A DNA stretch of 64,000 nt from a virus: the IMG/VR virus record IMGVR_UViG_3300020317_000002, positions 2,436-66,435 of that record; one strand, written 5' to 3'. The notes beneath the pieces were generated by a model. It was given only the letters and a program-made list of their open reading frames with translations, did no database searches and was not told where the DNA came from. The translations under genes and the position numbers were made by a program. Positions 9,135 through 17,410 of the stretch are shown piece after piece; the stretch's first letter is position 1; every line of letters begins with the position of its first letter.

Positions 9135-9850
9135 ATTCAGTCACAGTTGTTCTTACCTCATGTGGAAGAGTTGATCTTTTAGAAAAAACACTAGATTCTT
9201 TTTTTAAATTCAACACATATCCAATCGAAAGATTTATCATAACCGAGGACTCTGCACAGGAAGAAGTATTTGAAGCATGTAATGAGCTTAATAAGAAGTA
9301 TGATAACTCTCTCGAGTTTATGTTTAATGAAAATAAACTAGGACAATCTAAGTCAATAGATAAAGCATACTCTACTGTAACTACTAAATATGTTTTTCAT
9401 TGTGAAGAAGATTGGGAATTCTATAGACATGGATTTATTGAAGATTCTATTAGAATTCTTTCTGCAAGTAAAAAGATATTACAAGCATGGATACGCCCAA
9501 AGAGTGATAGGATTTTAAATAAAATATCTGAAAAGACATTTGAATTAAATGGAATGAAAGTTAGAGCTGTTCTTCCTGCTAGTTTTTCGACAGGAGACAC
9601 GAACGAAGACGGCACTCCTATGATAGTTAGGAACTATATGGGATTTAGCTGGAATCCAGGCCTAAAAAGAATCAGCGACTACAGACTATTAAATAACGGG
9701 TACACGGGAATGGTTAGAGAACATCTAGTAGATCACTGGTATAGAGATCAGGGTTTTATAGTTGTTAGTTTATCAGTTAACGATAATGATGGATATGTTA
9801 AACATATCGGATGGGATAGAAGAGCTGGAGATCCTGGATTTGTAGGATAG
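9125..9850 (+). CDS. GT2-like glycosyltransferase
   Basis: VTVVLTSCGRVDLLEKTLDSF, FHCEEDWEF, FSWNPGL, YVKHIG. Confidence 0.8.
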   Translation: MEINSVTVVLTSCGRVDLLEKTLDSFFKFNTYPIERFIITEDSAQEEVFEACNELNKKYDNSLEFMFNENKLGQSKSIDKAYSTVTTKYVFHCEEDWEFYRHGFIEDSIRILSASKKILQAWIRPKSDRILNKISEKTFELNGMKVRAVLPASFSTGDTNEDGTPMIVRNYMGFSWNPGLKRISDYRLLNNGYTGMVREHLVDHWYRDQGFIVVSLSVNDNDGYVKHIGWDRRAGDPGFVG

Positions 9851-9857
9851 ATATATA
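9850..9857 (+). promoter_or_regulatory. Late promoter GATATATA (class III), 4 nt before the ATG
   Basis: Recurring intergenic octamer similar to T4 TATAAATA. Confidence 0.65.
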
Positions 9858-9861
9858 GAGT

Positions 9862-10419
9862 ATGAAACATCTAATGACATTTGAAAAATATTACGGATAT
9901 GAAGATTTTAACCGTAAATGGGGTTCTCCTGAAGAAATGATGGAAGAAGTAGAATGGGTTCTTTCTCGATTACTACCTAAAAAGGATATGATAAAATCTA
10001 TAGAAGATTCTTCTACTGACAAGGGTATTAAATTTACGGTTACTCTAAAATCCAAAGACATATTACATTTATATAAGATCAGTCAATTTAGATTTCAAGA
10101 AAATCAAGGGTGGGAATATTACTTTAATAAAAAGAAGGTTAGCTTTGACGATTTAAAATCAGATCTTGAAAAGAATAACATGTCAGACTTGGAAGTATTC
10201 TTAAAATACTTTAAGTCATATGATTTCTATTATCAATACATCGACGATGGAGGACAATACAAAGCCGCTCAGAATAACAACAACTCTATCGTTAATAGAT
10301 TTGATAGCTTATCATCTTCTGATAAAAAGAAAGCTAAAAAGGAATTAGTAAAGCATTTCAAAGCTTCCTATAAAGATAAGAAAATTCTTAATTTAGTAAA
10401 CTCTACGTTTAAATCGTAG
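9862..10419 (+). CDS. Putative internal head protein (capsid-targeting-like N-terminus)
   Basis: MKHLMTFEKY N-terminus; has its own late motif and terminator. Confidence 0.6.
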   Translation: MKHLMTFEKYYGYEDFNRKWGSPEEMMEEVEWVLSRLLPKKDMIKSIEDSSTDKGIKFTVTLKSKDILHLYKISQFRFQENQGWEYYFNKKKVSFDDLKSDLEKNNMSDLEVFLKYFKSYDFYYQYIDDGGQYKAAQNNNNSIVNRFDSLSSSDKKKAKKELVKHFKASYKDKKILNLVNSTFKS

Positions 10420-10431
10420 CTCTTTAAAAAT

Positions 10432-10453
10432 AACCCGAACTTATCGGGTTTTT
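10432..10453 (+). terminator. Rho-independent terminator
   Basis: AACCCGA-actta-TCGGGTT followed by TTT. Confidence 0.75.
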
Positions 10454-10456
10454 ACT

Positions 10457-11050
10457 ATGACTATTTACGTAGCACCGCCGAGAGGAATAAAGGAAAAAGA
10501 GGCAATTCGACTCTGGCTTTCTCATTACAATCACGAAATAATATGGTTAGATCTTAGACGCAAGGTCAAGGGTCCTTTGCTACTATGTGGAGGAGCAGAC
10601 ATTGGAAAGGACGAAGAAAGAGATGCTAAAGAATTTATATGGATTAAACAGGCTTTAGATTCTAATAATAGAATATTAGGAATATGTAGAGGAATGCAAA
10701 TCCTAAATCATTATTTTGGAGGAAAGGTAGAAGATTTATCTGATGCAATAGTAGAAGATCATAAATCTGCTGACTTTTCAGAAAACATAGATCATAGTGG
10801 AAAGCCATCCCAGTTTCATGCAGTTGAAGATTTAAATGGAACATTAACTAAGGTTAATTCCAGGCACCATCAACATTGTAATATACTAGCAAATAATTTT
10901 AAAGCAACTCATCTATCATATCCCATATATGGTGTAGTTGAAGGATTTGAAGATTTAGATAAAATGATATGGGCGGTTCAATGGCATCCTGAAAAAATGG
11001 AATCCGAAGACAATGAATATCCTTTAGGTAAACTTACCCAGAAGTTTTAG
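10457..11050 (+). CDS. Class I glutamine amidotransferase / peptidase C26 (gamma-glutamyl hydrolase-like)
   Basis: LLLCGGADI, LGICRGMQILN, VNSRHHQ, AVQWHPE (Cys-His-Glu triad). Confidence 0.88.
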   Translation: MTIYVAPPRGIKEKEAIRLWLSHYNHEIIWLDLRRKVKGPLLLCGGADIGKDEERDAKEFIWIKQALDSNNRILGICRGMQILNHYFGGKVEDLSDAIVEDHKSADFSENIDHSGKPSQFHAVEDLNGTLTKVNSRHHQHCNILANNFKATHLSYPIYGVVEGFEDLDKMIWAVQWHPEKMESEDNEYPLGKLTQKF

Positions 11051-11056
11051 AATAGA

Positions 11057-11779
11057 TTAGATTTCCCAGACATTTCCATGTGGATTATTTAAATGACATA
11101 TAAGATAGAGCCCTTTAAATTCTTCCCATTGTTCCGTAGATTTCATACGGTTTATAAGGTCTTTATCTTCTCCTATAGTTTGTGAATTCTCCCATCTATG
11201 CGGTACGTCTTTGTGATGTACTAATTGATAAGTGCCATTATGCCCCATTGCTTTCGCTAATGCAACCCTAATACCAAGAGACTCATACGGTGTACATGTT
11301 TCAGATGTTTTATTAAACTCGTCCTTTGTCATTCCACAATAAGCTAGCATTAAAGCATTGGGTTCTAGAACCATCGGCATCCCGTAATGTGAGTTTAATA
11401 AAACTGTAGTACCTTGCTTCTTTTTTAAAATAGCCTGTTCCACTTTATGCAAATGCACCTTGAAGATATAATCATCCGTATCCAAATAACTTATCCAATT
11501 ATATTTAGCAAATGCTCTTCCAACTTCTCTAAGTTTTCCAGGCCAAGGTGCTGATAATTTTTCACACTTAATTAGATGAATAATTGGATCCGTTTTCCAA
11601 TTATCTTCATATATTTTATTTGTAATATCACATCCATCTGATACAATTATAAGTTCTTTATATTTAAGTGTTTGTGCACGAAATGATTCGACAGCCCTGA
11701 TAAATTTAATATCAGATTCGACTCGACTTCCATCGTATGGTTTTAGATACGATGGCATTATAACAGATATACCTAGCAT
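11057..11779 (-). CDS. GT2 family glycosyltransferase
   Basis: ISVIMPSY, ELIIVSDGC, ISYLDTDD, GEDKD. The only convincing minus-strand gene in the window. Confidence 0.85.
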   Translation of the reverse strand: MLGISVIMPSYLKPYDGSRVESDIKFIRAVESFRAQTLKYKELIIVSDGCDITNKIYEDNWKTDPIIHLIKCEKLSAPWPGKLREVGRAFAKYNWISYLDTDDYIFKVHLHKVEQAILKKKQGTTVLLNSHYGMPMVLEPNALMLAYCGMTKDEFNKTSETCTPYESLGIRVALAKAMGHNGTYQLVHHKDVPHRWENSQTIGEDKDLINRMKSTEQWEEFKGLYLICHLNNPHGNVWEI

Positions 11780-11783
11780 ACCA

Positions 11784-11791
11784 TATATATC
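11784..11791 (-). promoter_or_regulatory. Late promoter GATATATA on the minus strand, 4 nt before the ATG of the GT2 gene
   Basis: The + strand reads TATATATC; the start codon CAT is at 11777-11779. Confidence 0.65.
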
Positions 11792-11830
11792 TAAAGGTTT
11801 TCATAATAACTTATGGTTATATCTAAAAGT

Positions 11831-11895
11831 TTTTTGAAAATAAATGCCCAAAAGTTTTTTTATCTCAGATTTTTTGCTTATATTAGTATAGTAAT
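11831..11895 (+). promoter_or_regulatory. Class I early-promoter repeat, copy 2
   Basis: Near-identical to 5196-5261. Confidence 0.75.
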
Positions 11896-11911
11896 CAATT
11901 AAACATAAACA

Positions 11912-12136
11912 ATGATCAGAAAGAAACTTCATAAACATCAATCAAATCCTGTAATAATCGACTTAACAGGTCCTGAAGGAAATGCCTTCATGCTATTAGC
12001 TTACGCAAAAAGCTTTTCAAAAGATCTTGGAAAAGATTGGGAAACTCTTTATTCTCAAATGACAGGAGGAGACTATGAAAATCTTATTAAAGTATTTGAC
12101 GAAGCGTTTGGAGATTTCGTAATCTTAGAAAGGTAA
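11912..12136 (+). CDS. Conserved-type phage hypothetical protein
   Basis: IDLTGPEGNAF..L....GDYENL..VFD..FG pattern; follows an early promoter. Confidence 0.75.
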   Translation: MIRKKLHKHQSNPVIIDLTGPEGNAFMLLAYAKSFSKDLGKDWETLYSQMTGGDYENLIKVFDEAFGDFVILER

Positions 12137-12273
12137 TGGAAAACAAGGGTAAGAAATTAAAAGAAGTAAACTTAACACTACAAGAGTGGCTGGATGCCCT
12201 TCGTATGCCTACTCCTGTGAGAAACAAGAAAAAGTATCGAAGAAAGAATAAGCATAAAAACAAAGAAGATTAA
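12136..12273 (+). CDS. 45-aa basic protein, ArfA (alternative ribosome-rescue factor)-like; not in the ORF track
   Basis: MENKGKKLKEVNLTLQEWLDALRMPTPVRNKKKYRRKNKHKNKED. The start overlaps the upstream stop (TAATG) and the ORF fills the gap exactly. Confidence 0.6.
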   Translation: MENKGKKLKEVNLTLQEWLDALRMPTPVRNKKKYRRKNKHKNKED

Positions 12274-12329
12274 AAATAAATGGTAAAAGGTTTTTTTATC
12301 TCAGATTTTTTGCTTATATTAGTAAAGTA
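12272..12329 (+). promoter_or_regulatory. Class I early-promoter repeat, copy 3
   Basis: Near-identical to copies 1 and 2. Confidence 0.75.
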
Positions 12330-12350
12330 TTAATAATTAAAAATAAACAA

Positions 12351-12761
12351 ATGAACTTAGAATCAATCAAAGCAAACGGAATTAGTTGGTATGAACCTGC
12401 TAAATCTATTATCCCACACCTAACTACTCAAATTGGAATCTTTAAAATGAGACATCCAGAAAAAGATATTTTTGAAAAGTTTGGAGATGGTGAATATTTT
12501 TCAGGAAGACGATTTAATGATAACAAAGATGTAGCGATTAGAATTGCGGGTGGTATTGTTAGACAAGCACAGGAAGAGTATGTTTATTCTAACATGGGCC
12601 GTAATTCAATGTCATCTGAGGAAACCCTTCCTCTTTTAGAAGGTATTATTACTGCGTGGTTTGACACTCTCTCCGCTTCTGAAATTGATATACTTATTAT
12701 CGATGGACTTAAGTGTTGTGCAGAAACAGATCATTGGTATGAATTTGAAAAGCAATGGTAA
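12351..12761 (+). CDS. Hypothetical early protein
   Basis: 136-aa ORF with an A-rich leader after the promoter repeat. Confidence 0.75.
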   Translation: MNLESIKANGISWYEPAKSIIPHLTTQIGIFKMRHPEKDIFEKFGDGEYFSGRRFNDNKDVAIRIAGGIVRQAQEEYVYSNMGRNSMSSEETLPLLEGIITAWFDTLSASEIDILIIDGLKCCAETDHWYEFEKQW

Positions 12762-12762
12762 A

Positions 12763-12996
12763 ATGATTTCAATGTATGAGCGCATCGCTAGAATCGAAGG
12801 AACAACTCACGTTGTACGAATAGAAGATAGTGTAGTCTATAGACAAAATGGATATGAAGTAATAGGCGATACCCTATTTGTTCATACCGAGGACCGATTA
12901 CTATTTATGGATTTCGATGTATTTACATTAGAAGAAGCATGCGCAGCTGAACGAACGATCAATGAAGTAAAAAAGAAACTTAATACAAACTCTTAA
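12763..12996 (+). CDS. Hypothetical protein
   Basis: Likely start is the ATG at 12763, just after the upstream stop. Confidence 0.55.
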   Translation: MISMYERIARIEGTTHVVRIEDSVVYRQNGYEVIGDTLFVHTEDRLLFMDFDVFTLEEACAAERTINEVKKKLNTNS

Positions 12997-13006
12997 TATA
13001 AAATGT

Positions 13007-13939
13007 ATGGCAGCAGACTACGGATATTGTTGTATCAACATGACTCTTAAAAAAGAATCGAACATATATGTTGGTAGAAAAATGATTAAAAGAACCTTCA
13101 TGGAAAAAGGTATTAAATACGCATCAGAACTTGCGATATTGAATATCAAAGATATGATAGAAATTATCAAGTGGAATTATAAGAACGACATAACAATGTA
13201 TCGTATGTCAAGTAACCTATTTCCATGGATGTCGGAATACGAATTATCTGAACTTCCTGATTATGACAAGGTGTGTAATCTAATGAAAGGCGCAGGTAAA
13301 CTTGCTAAGCAATATGGACAACGATTGACATTTCATCCAGGTCCATTCAATGTTCTTGCTTCTCCGAATGAAAAGGTAGTTATTAAAGCTATTAAAGATT
13401 TACGTCAACATGGCGAAATAATGGATATGCTAAATTTACCACAAACTCCTTATGCCGCTATCAATATTCACATTGGTGGAACCTACGACGACAAAGAAGC
13501 TACTAAGAAAAGGTTTGCTGAAAATTTCAAGCGACTTACTCCAAGTGCAGCGAATCGTCTAGTTATTGAAAACGATGACAAAACAGCACAGTATTCTGTA
13601 CAGGATTTATATGACATACATCTTCTAACCGGTAAAACTCCAATCACGTTTGACTATCACCATCACTGGTGTTACGAAGATCCAATGCCAGAAAAAGAAG
13701 CTCTAGAAATTGCAGCTAAGTCATGGCCTAAGGGAATTCGTCAACTATGCCACTATTCTTCATGTAAACAAATACACGAAGATGCTACACAGGGCAATAA
13801 ACGTGCACATGCTGATTATGTATATGATCATATTGAAACGTATGGCATGGATCTAGATATCGAACTCGAAGCAAAGGCGAAAGAACTTGCCCTTCAGCGA
13901 TACAAGCAGGAGTTTTTAAAGGAGCTCGTTCTATCATAG
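13007..13939 (+). CDS. uvsE: UV DNA damage endonuclease UvsE/UVDE
   Basis: GYCCIN, MYRMSS.LFPW, RLTFHPGPF, INIHIGG, LVIENDD, FDYHHH, HAD, ELEAKAKE. Confidence 0.93.
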   Translation: MAADYGYCCINMTLKKESNIYVGRKMIKRTFMEKGIKYASELAILNIKDMIEIIKWNYKNDITMYRMSSNLFPWMSEYELSELPDYDKVCNLMKGAGKLAKQYGQRLTFHPGPFNVLASPNEKVVIKAIKDLRQHGEIMDMLNLPQTPYAAINIHIGGTYDDKEATKKRFAENFKRLTPSAANRLVIENDDKTAQYSVQDLYDIHLLTGKTPITFDYHHHWCYEDPMPEKEALEIAAKSWPKGIRQLCHYSSCKQIHEDATQGNKRAHADYVYDHIETYGMDLDIELEAKAKELALQRYKQEFLKELVLS

Positions 13940-13946
13940 ATATATA
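13939..13946 (+). promoter_or_regulatory. Late promoter GATATATA, 4 nt before the ATG
   Basis: Octamer directly before the ATG at 13951. Confidence 0.65.
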
Positions 13947-13950
13947 AGTT

Positions 13951-14490
13951 ATGAAGTTTATAAAGACATTTGAAGATTGGAATGAAGTTTCACCGGAATT
14001 AAAAGCCCACATCGAAGAAGGATTAGATCTTACTAATTCATTCTTTCGTTTAGGAAGTGATGCATATACCGAATTGTTTGAAGAAGTAAAACAATATTGG
14101 GATAAAAACAATATCATCTTAAAGGGTCCTTCAGGATGGATGGCTAAAAACCTAGAAGTAGGAACTAAAGCAGTCTATAAACCCAGAGGAGGAAATCAAA
14201 AGAATGTAAAACTAGATTCACCAACGAGAGGTGGAAATAAGAAATTCATAGTTTACAGAAATAGTGGAAGAACTGATAAAGAAGGAAACATCATTGCTAA
14301 GAAATTAGAATGGGGAGATCCTTCATCTACTATTAAAAACGACGACCCGGGAAGAGCAGCTAACTTTTGGGCAAGACATGGTTGTGATAAAATGGCTAAG
14401 ATGGATCCGACTAAGGCAGGATTCTGGGCATGTTACGGACCTACTCTTTTTGGAAAACAACTCGGTATAAAGAGCGACCAACCATGGTAG
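13951..14490 (+). CDS. Putative virion protein with a capsid-targeting-like N-terminus and an RHxC..FWAC domain
   Basis: MKFIKTFEDWNE; C-terminal FWARHGCD...AGFWAC. Confidence 0.65.
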   Translation: MKFIKTFEDWNEVSPELKAHIEEGLDLTNSFFRLGSDAYTELFEEVKQYWDKNNIILKGPSGWMAKNLEVGTKAVYKPRGGNQKNVKLDSPTRGGNKKFIVYRNSGRTDKEGNIIAKKLEWGDPSSTIKNDDPGRAANFWARHGCDKMAKMDPTKAGFWACYGPTLFGKQLGIKSDQPW

Positions 14491-14828
14491 ATAAAGATTG
14501 TAAATGTAAAAGTTGCGGATGTAAAGACATGACAATGGATGAAATGATATCCATGGTTGATGATAAAACCCTACCATTTACAGAGACAATTGTTTCAGAA
14601 AATGAAATCATTAGAGAATTTCTACCAAATCAACCTGAACATCTTTTTAAATGGCACTTCGACGAAGAAGATAGAATTATAGAAGCCTTAAACGAAAACG
14701 ATTGGAAGTTCCAATATGACAATAAGCTTCCTATAGAATTAAAGGGATATATAGAAGTACAGGCTGGAGTATATCATAGAATTATACAGGGTAAAACTCC
14801 GCTAAAGGTCCTGATTAAAAAGAATTAA
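14484..14828 (+). CDS. Cupin-like hypothetical protein
   Basis: WHFDEEDR...WKFQYDN.LP...YHRIIQG; Cys-rich N-terminus CKCKSCGC. Confidence 0.6.
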   Translation: MVDKDCKCKSCGCKDMTMDEMISMVDDKTLPFTETIVSENEIIREFLPNQPEHLFKWHFDEEDRIIEALNENDWKFQYDNKLPIELKGYIEVQAGVYHRIIQGKTPLKVLIKKN

Positions 14829-14836
14829 ATTTGGCA

Positions 14837-15295
14837 ATGAAGCATGTAAAATTATTCGAAGACTTTTTAAATGAGATTGGTGACGGTGGTGCTAAAAAAT
14901 ATAAAACAGTATTTAGCGAAGAAACTAGTGACCACGAAATTCATACATTCAAGACAGAGACACAAGACTATCAGGTCTATTTTGAGTTTCAAGAAGACTG
15001 GACAAGAGAAGGAGAATCACTTGAAATGGTTATAGAATTTTCAGTAAATGGAGGCTCTGACTCACATGTCGTTACGAACAAAGGTGAAATGTATCGAGTT
15101 ATGGCTACAATAGTAGATCTATCAAAAAAGATTCTTAAAAGGAGAAAGAATATAAATGTAATATCCTTTACTGGTTCTAAAAATAAAGGAACTAACGACA
15201 CACGAAGAAACAATCTCTATATGGCATATATGAAAAAACAATTAAAGCCAAAAAACATAGAAGATGACGGAAATACAATAAGAATAGAACTATGA
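14837..15295 (+). CDS. Putative internal head protein
   Basis: MKHVKLFEDFLNE N-terminus. Confidence 0.65.
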   Translation: MKHVKLFEDFLNEIGDGGAKKYKTVFSEETSDHEIHTFKTETQDYQVYFEFQEDWTREGESLEMVIEFSVNGGSDSHVVTNKGEMYRVMATIVDLSKKILKRRKNINVISFTGSKNKGTNDTRRNNLYMAYMKKQLKPKNIEDDGNTIRIEL

Positions 15296-15774
15296 AACGT
15301 ATAAAATTATTCGAATCCTTTGTAAACGACAAAGAAATTTCTACATGGGAAAAAGAGTTTGGTAAATTACCAATTCCTAAAAAGATTAAAGATATATCTA
15401 AAGAAATGGCGAAAGCCGGTTTTATTAGAAAAGCTACAAAGTCTGTTCAAGCTAAATTATGGATTGGATTAGAAGGAATTTCATGGATAGAAATGAAAGA
15501 TAAATTTGGAGAGAATGTAGGTAAATTTTACGGTGGAACATTCTATCAGGCAATGACAAATCCTATGGCAGAAAAAGCTGCATACTATGCATATGAAGTT
15601 TCAAAACATGTAGAAGACTTAGTAGCAAATGATGAAAGTATCGAGCCTGCATATTACATGATGAAAAATTATTTCAATTCATTCGGATTAAAAATTGATA
15701 GGAGCGTCATATTCGACAGGGCAGTCAAAGAGCTCGAGTCTTGGATGGAACAAAATAAGATTAAAACCCTATAA
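15292..15774 (+). CDS. Putative internal head protein
   Basis: MKRIKLFESFVND N-terminus. Confidence 0.65.
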   Translation: MKRIKLFESFVNDKEISTWEKEFGKLPIPKKIKDISKEMAKAGFIRKATKSVQAKLWIGLEGISWIEMKDKFGENVGKFYGGTFYQAMTNPMAEKAAYYAYEVSKHVEDLVANDESIEPAYYMMKNYFNSFGLKIDRSVIFDRAVKELESWMEQNKIKTL

Positions 15775-15779
15775 AAAGG

Positions 15780-15787
15780 GATATATA
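15780..15787 (+). promoter_or_regulatory. Late promoter GATATATA
   Basis: Intergenic, 40 nt upstream of 15828. Confidence 0.6.
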
Positions 15788-15827
15788 GATAGTAATTAAC
15801 ACAATAAAACAAATAAAATAAAAAATT

Positions 15828-16829
15828 ATGGCAAAATTAAAATCATTTGAACAGTTTTTATCTGAGATGGATAGAACTGAGGAGGTGCAACAAGACGTAG
15901 TTGCGACAGCTGAGCCAGTTGAACAATCTGAAGAAAAAGCGGAAGAAGTTCAAGGAAACGGTGATGCTGTAGAAGAATCTACTGAAGAATCTACTGAAGA
16001 ATTAAATGAAGTAAACGCATCCGGTTATATTAAAGCTGGTAAATTAGGTTACAATGATCAGTTTATAGGAAGACAATCTCTTTCTATGACTTTATCATTA
16101 GATTTAGGCTTCAATAAAAAACACCAATATGGTACTGGTAACTGGGTCGGATTTGACCACATATCAATGTACGGTACTGGAGTAGAAGGAACTATCTTAC
16201 AAGATGCATTAAAGGACAAGTACACCTATGACGAATTAAAAGCTGCAGCTGCTGCTCATTTCGGAATTAAAGAATCTGAAGAAGTAATAGAAGATGAAAT
16301 AGTTGAAAACATCGAAGTAGTAACTGAATCTGGAGAAGAAGCTGGTTTACCTGCTGAGGATTTAAAAGATGAAACTGAAGTAGTTGACAACGACGTTGAA
16401 GCTGCTGAAGATAAGTCAAAGGAATTAGAAGCTGAACTAGAAGACACTGTCGATGGAGCTGGAGATGAAGAAATTTCTGAAGCTGAAGAAGCTGAAGAAG
16501 TTAAATCTGAAGAAGTTGAAGAAGTTGAAGAAGAGGAAGAAGCACAAGCCGTTTCTGATATGCTAAGTGAGGTTTACGAAGCATGTAAGAATGAAGCTAA
16601 AGCATGGGCAGACGATGCACATGACGAGCATACTGTTGAAACTTATATGAAAGAAAACGCTGCATTAGTTGGAGCGCTAGCTGCTAAATCTCTTAAAGAA
16701 ATGAAAGAAGATTATTCAGTTGAAGCTTATGAAGCTGCTTGCAATGAAATGATTGAAGCATATTCTAAGAAAGTGAATGAGATGAAAGAATCTGATTCAG
16801 CTGTTGGTGAGGAAACTCCTGAAGCTTAA
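15828..16829 (+). CDS. Highly acidic prohead-core/internal protein candidate
   Basis: MAKLKSFEQFLSE; Glu-rich with many (L/I/V)xE sites. Confidence 0.65.
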   Translation: MAKLKSFEQFLSEMDRTEEVQQDVVATAEPVEQSEEKAEEVQGNGDAVEESTEESTEELNEVNASGYIKAGKLGYNDQFIGRQSLSMTLSLDLGFNKKHQYGTGNWVGFDHISMYGTGVEGTILQDALKDKYTYDELKAAAAAHFGIKESEEVIEDEIVENIEVVTESGEEAGLPAEDLKDETEVVDNDVEAAEDKSKELEAELEDTVDGAGDEEISEAEEAEEVKSEEVEEVEEEEEAQAVSDMLSEVYEACKNEAKAWADDAHDEHTVETYMKENAALVGALAAKSLKEMKEDYSVEAYEAACNEMIEAYSKKVNEMKESDSAVGEETPEA

Positions 16830-16846
16830 TATTAAATTAACAATAT

Positions 16847-16872
16847 AAACTTTTTAAAGGGTTCATGTATAA
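16847..16872 (+). promoter_or_regulatory. AAAC-N16-GTATAA promoter (class II) overlapping a terminator
   Basis: aaac-tttttaaagggttcat-gtataa. Confidence 0.6.
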
Positions 16873-16889
16873 TACATGGACCCTTTTTT
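16856..16889 (+). terminator. Rho-independent terminator
   Basis: AAAGGGTTCATGTA-taa-TACATGGACCCTTT followed by TTT (14-bp stem with one G-U pair). Confidence 0.75.
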
Positions 16890-16903
16890 ATTTATAAAGT
16901 ACT

Positions 16904-17410
16904 ATGCCAAGAATTTCAGTAGACGTAATATACATGCAGATAGCATATCAAATTTCTAAACTTAGTTATGCTGAGAGAAGAAAGGTTGGATGTATTGTAG
17001 TTAAAGACGAGCAGATTGTTTCGTTTGGATATAATGGAACTCCACATGGATTTAATAATCAATGTGAAGAAACTCAAATTAGAGATATAGACAATCCTGA
17101 TCATAAAGAAATCCTAATAGAAAAAGGATATGAGTGTGAAGATACTTGTTGTTCCAAACAAGTTACTAAACAAGAAGTCTTACATGCAGAATCAAATGCG
17201 CTGATGAAGATTTCAAAATCTACACTTACTTCGAAAGGATCGATCTTATATACTACTACTTCTCCATGTTTTGAATGTGCTAAGTTAATTATACAGGCAG
17301 GTGTAGAGAAAGTATTCTACTGTGAAGGATATAGAGATTTGTCAGGTATTTCTTTATTAAAAAAGGCAGGAATTATTGTTGAACAAGTAATCGTATGGAA
17401 TGAGCATTAA
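16904..17410 (+). CDS. dCMP deaminase
   Basis: KVGCIVV, GYNGTP.G, LHAESNAL, SPCFECAKLIIQAG. Confidence 0.92.
   Translation: MPRISVDVIYMQIAYQISKLSYAERRKVGCIVVKDEQIVSFGYNGTPHGFNNQCEETQIRDIDNPDHKEILIEKGYECEDTCCSKQVTKQEVLHAESNALMKISKSTLTSKGSILYTTTSPCFECAKLIIQAGVEKVFYCEGYRDLSGISLLKKAGIIVEQVIVWNEH

Noticed and set aside
5196-12329. The ~65-bp repeats as a CRISPR array or mobile-element ends
   Set aside because: Only three dispersed copies, with no regular spacers, no cas or transposase gene, and each directly upstream of an ORF.
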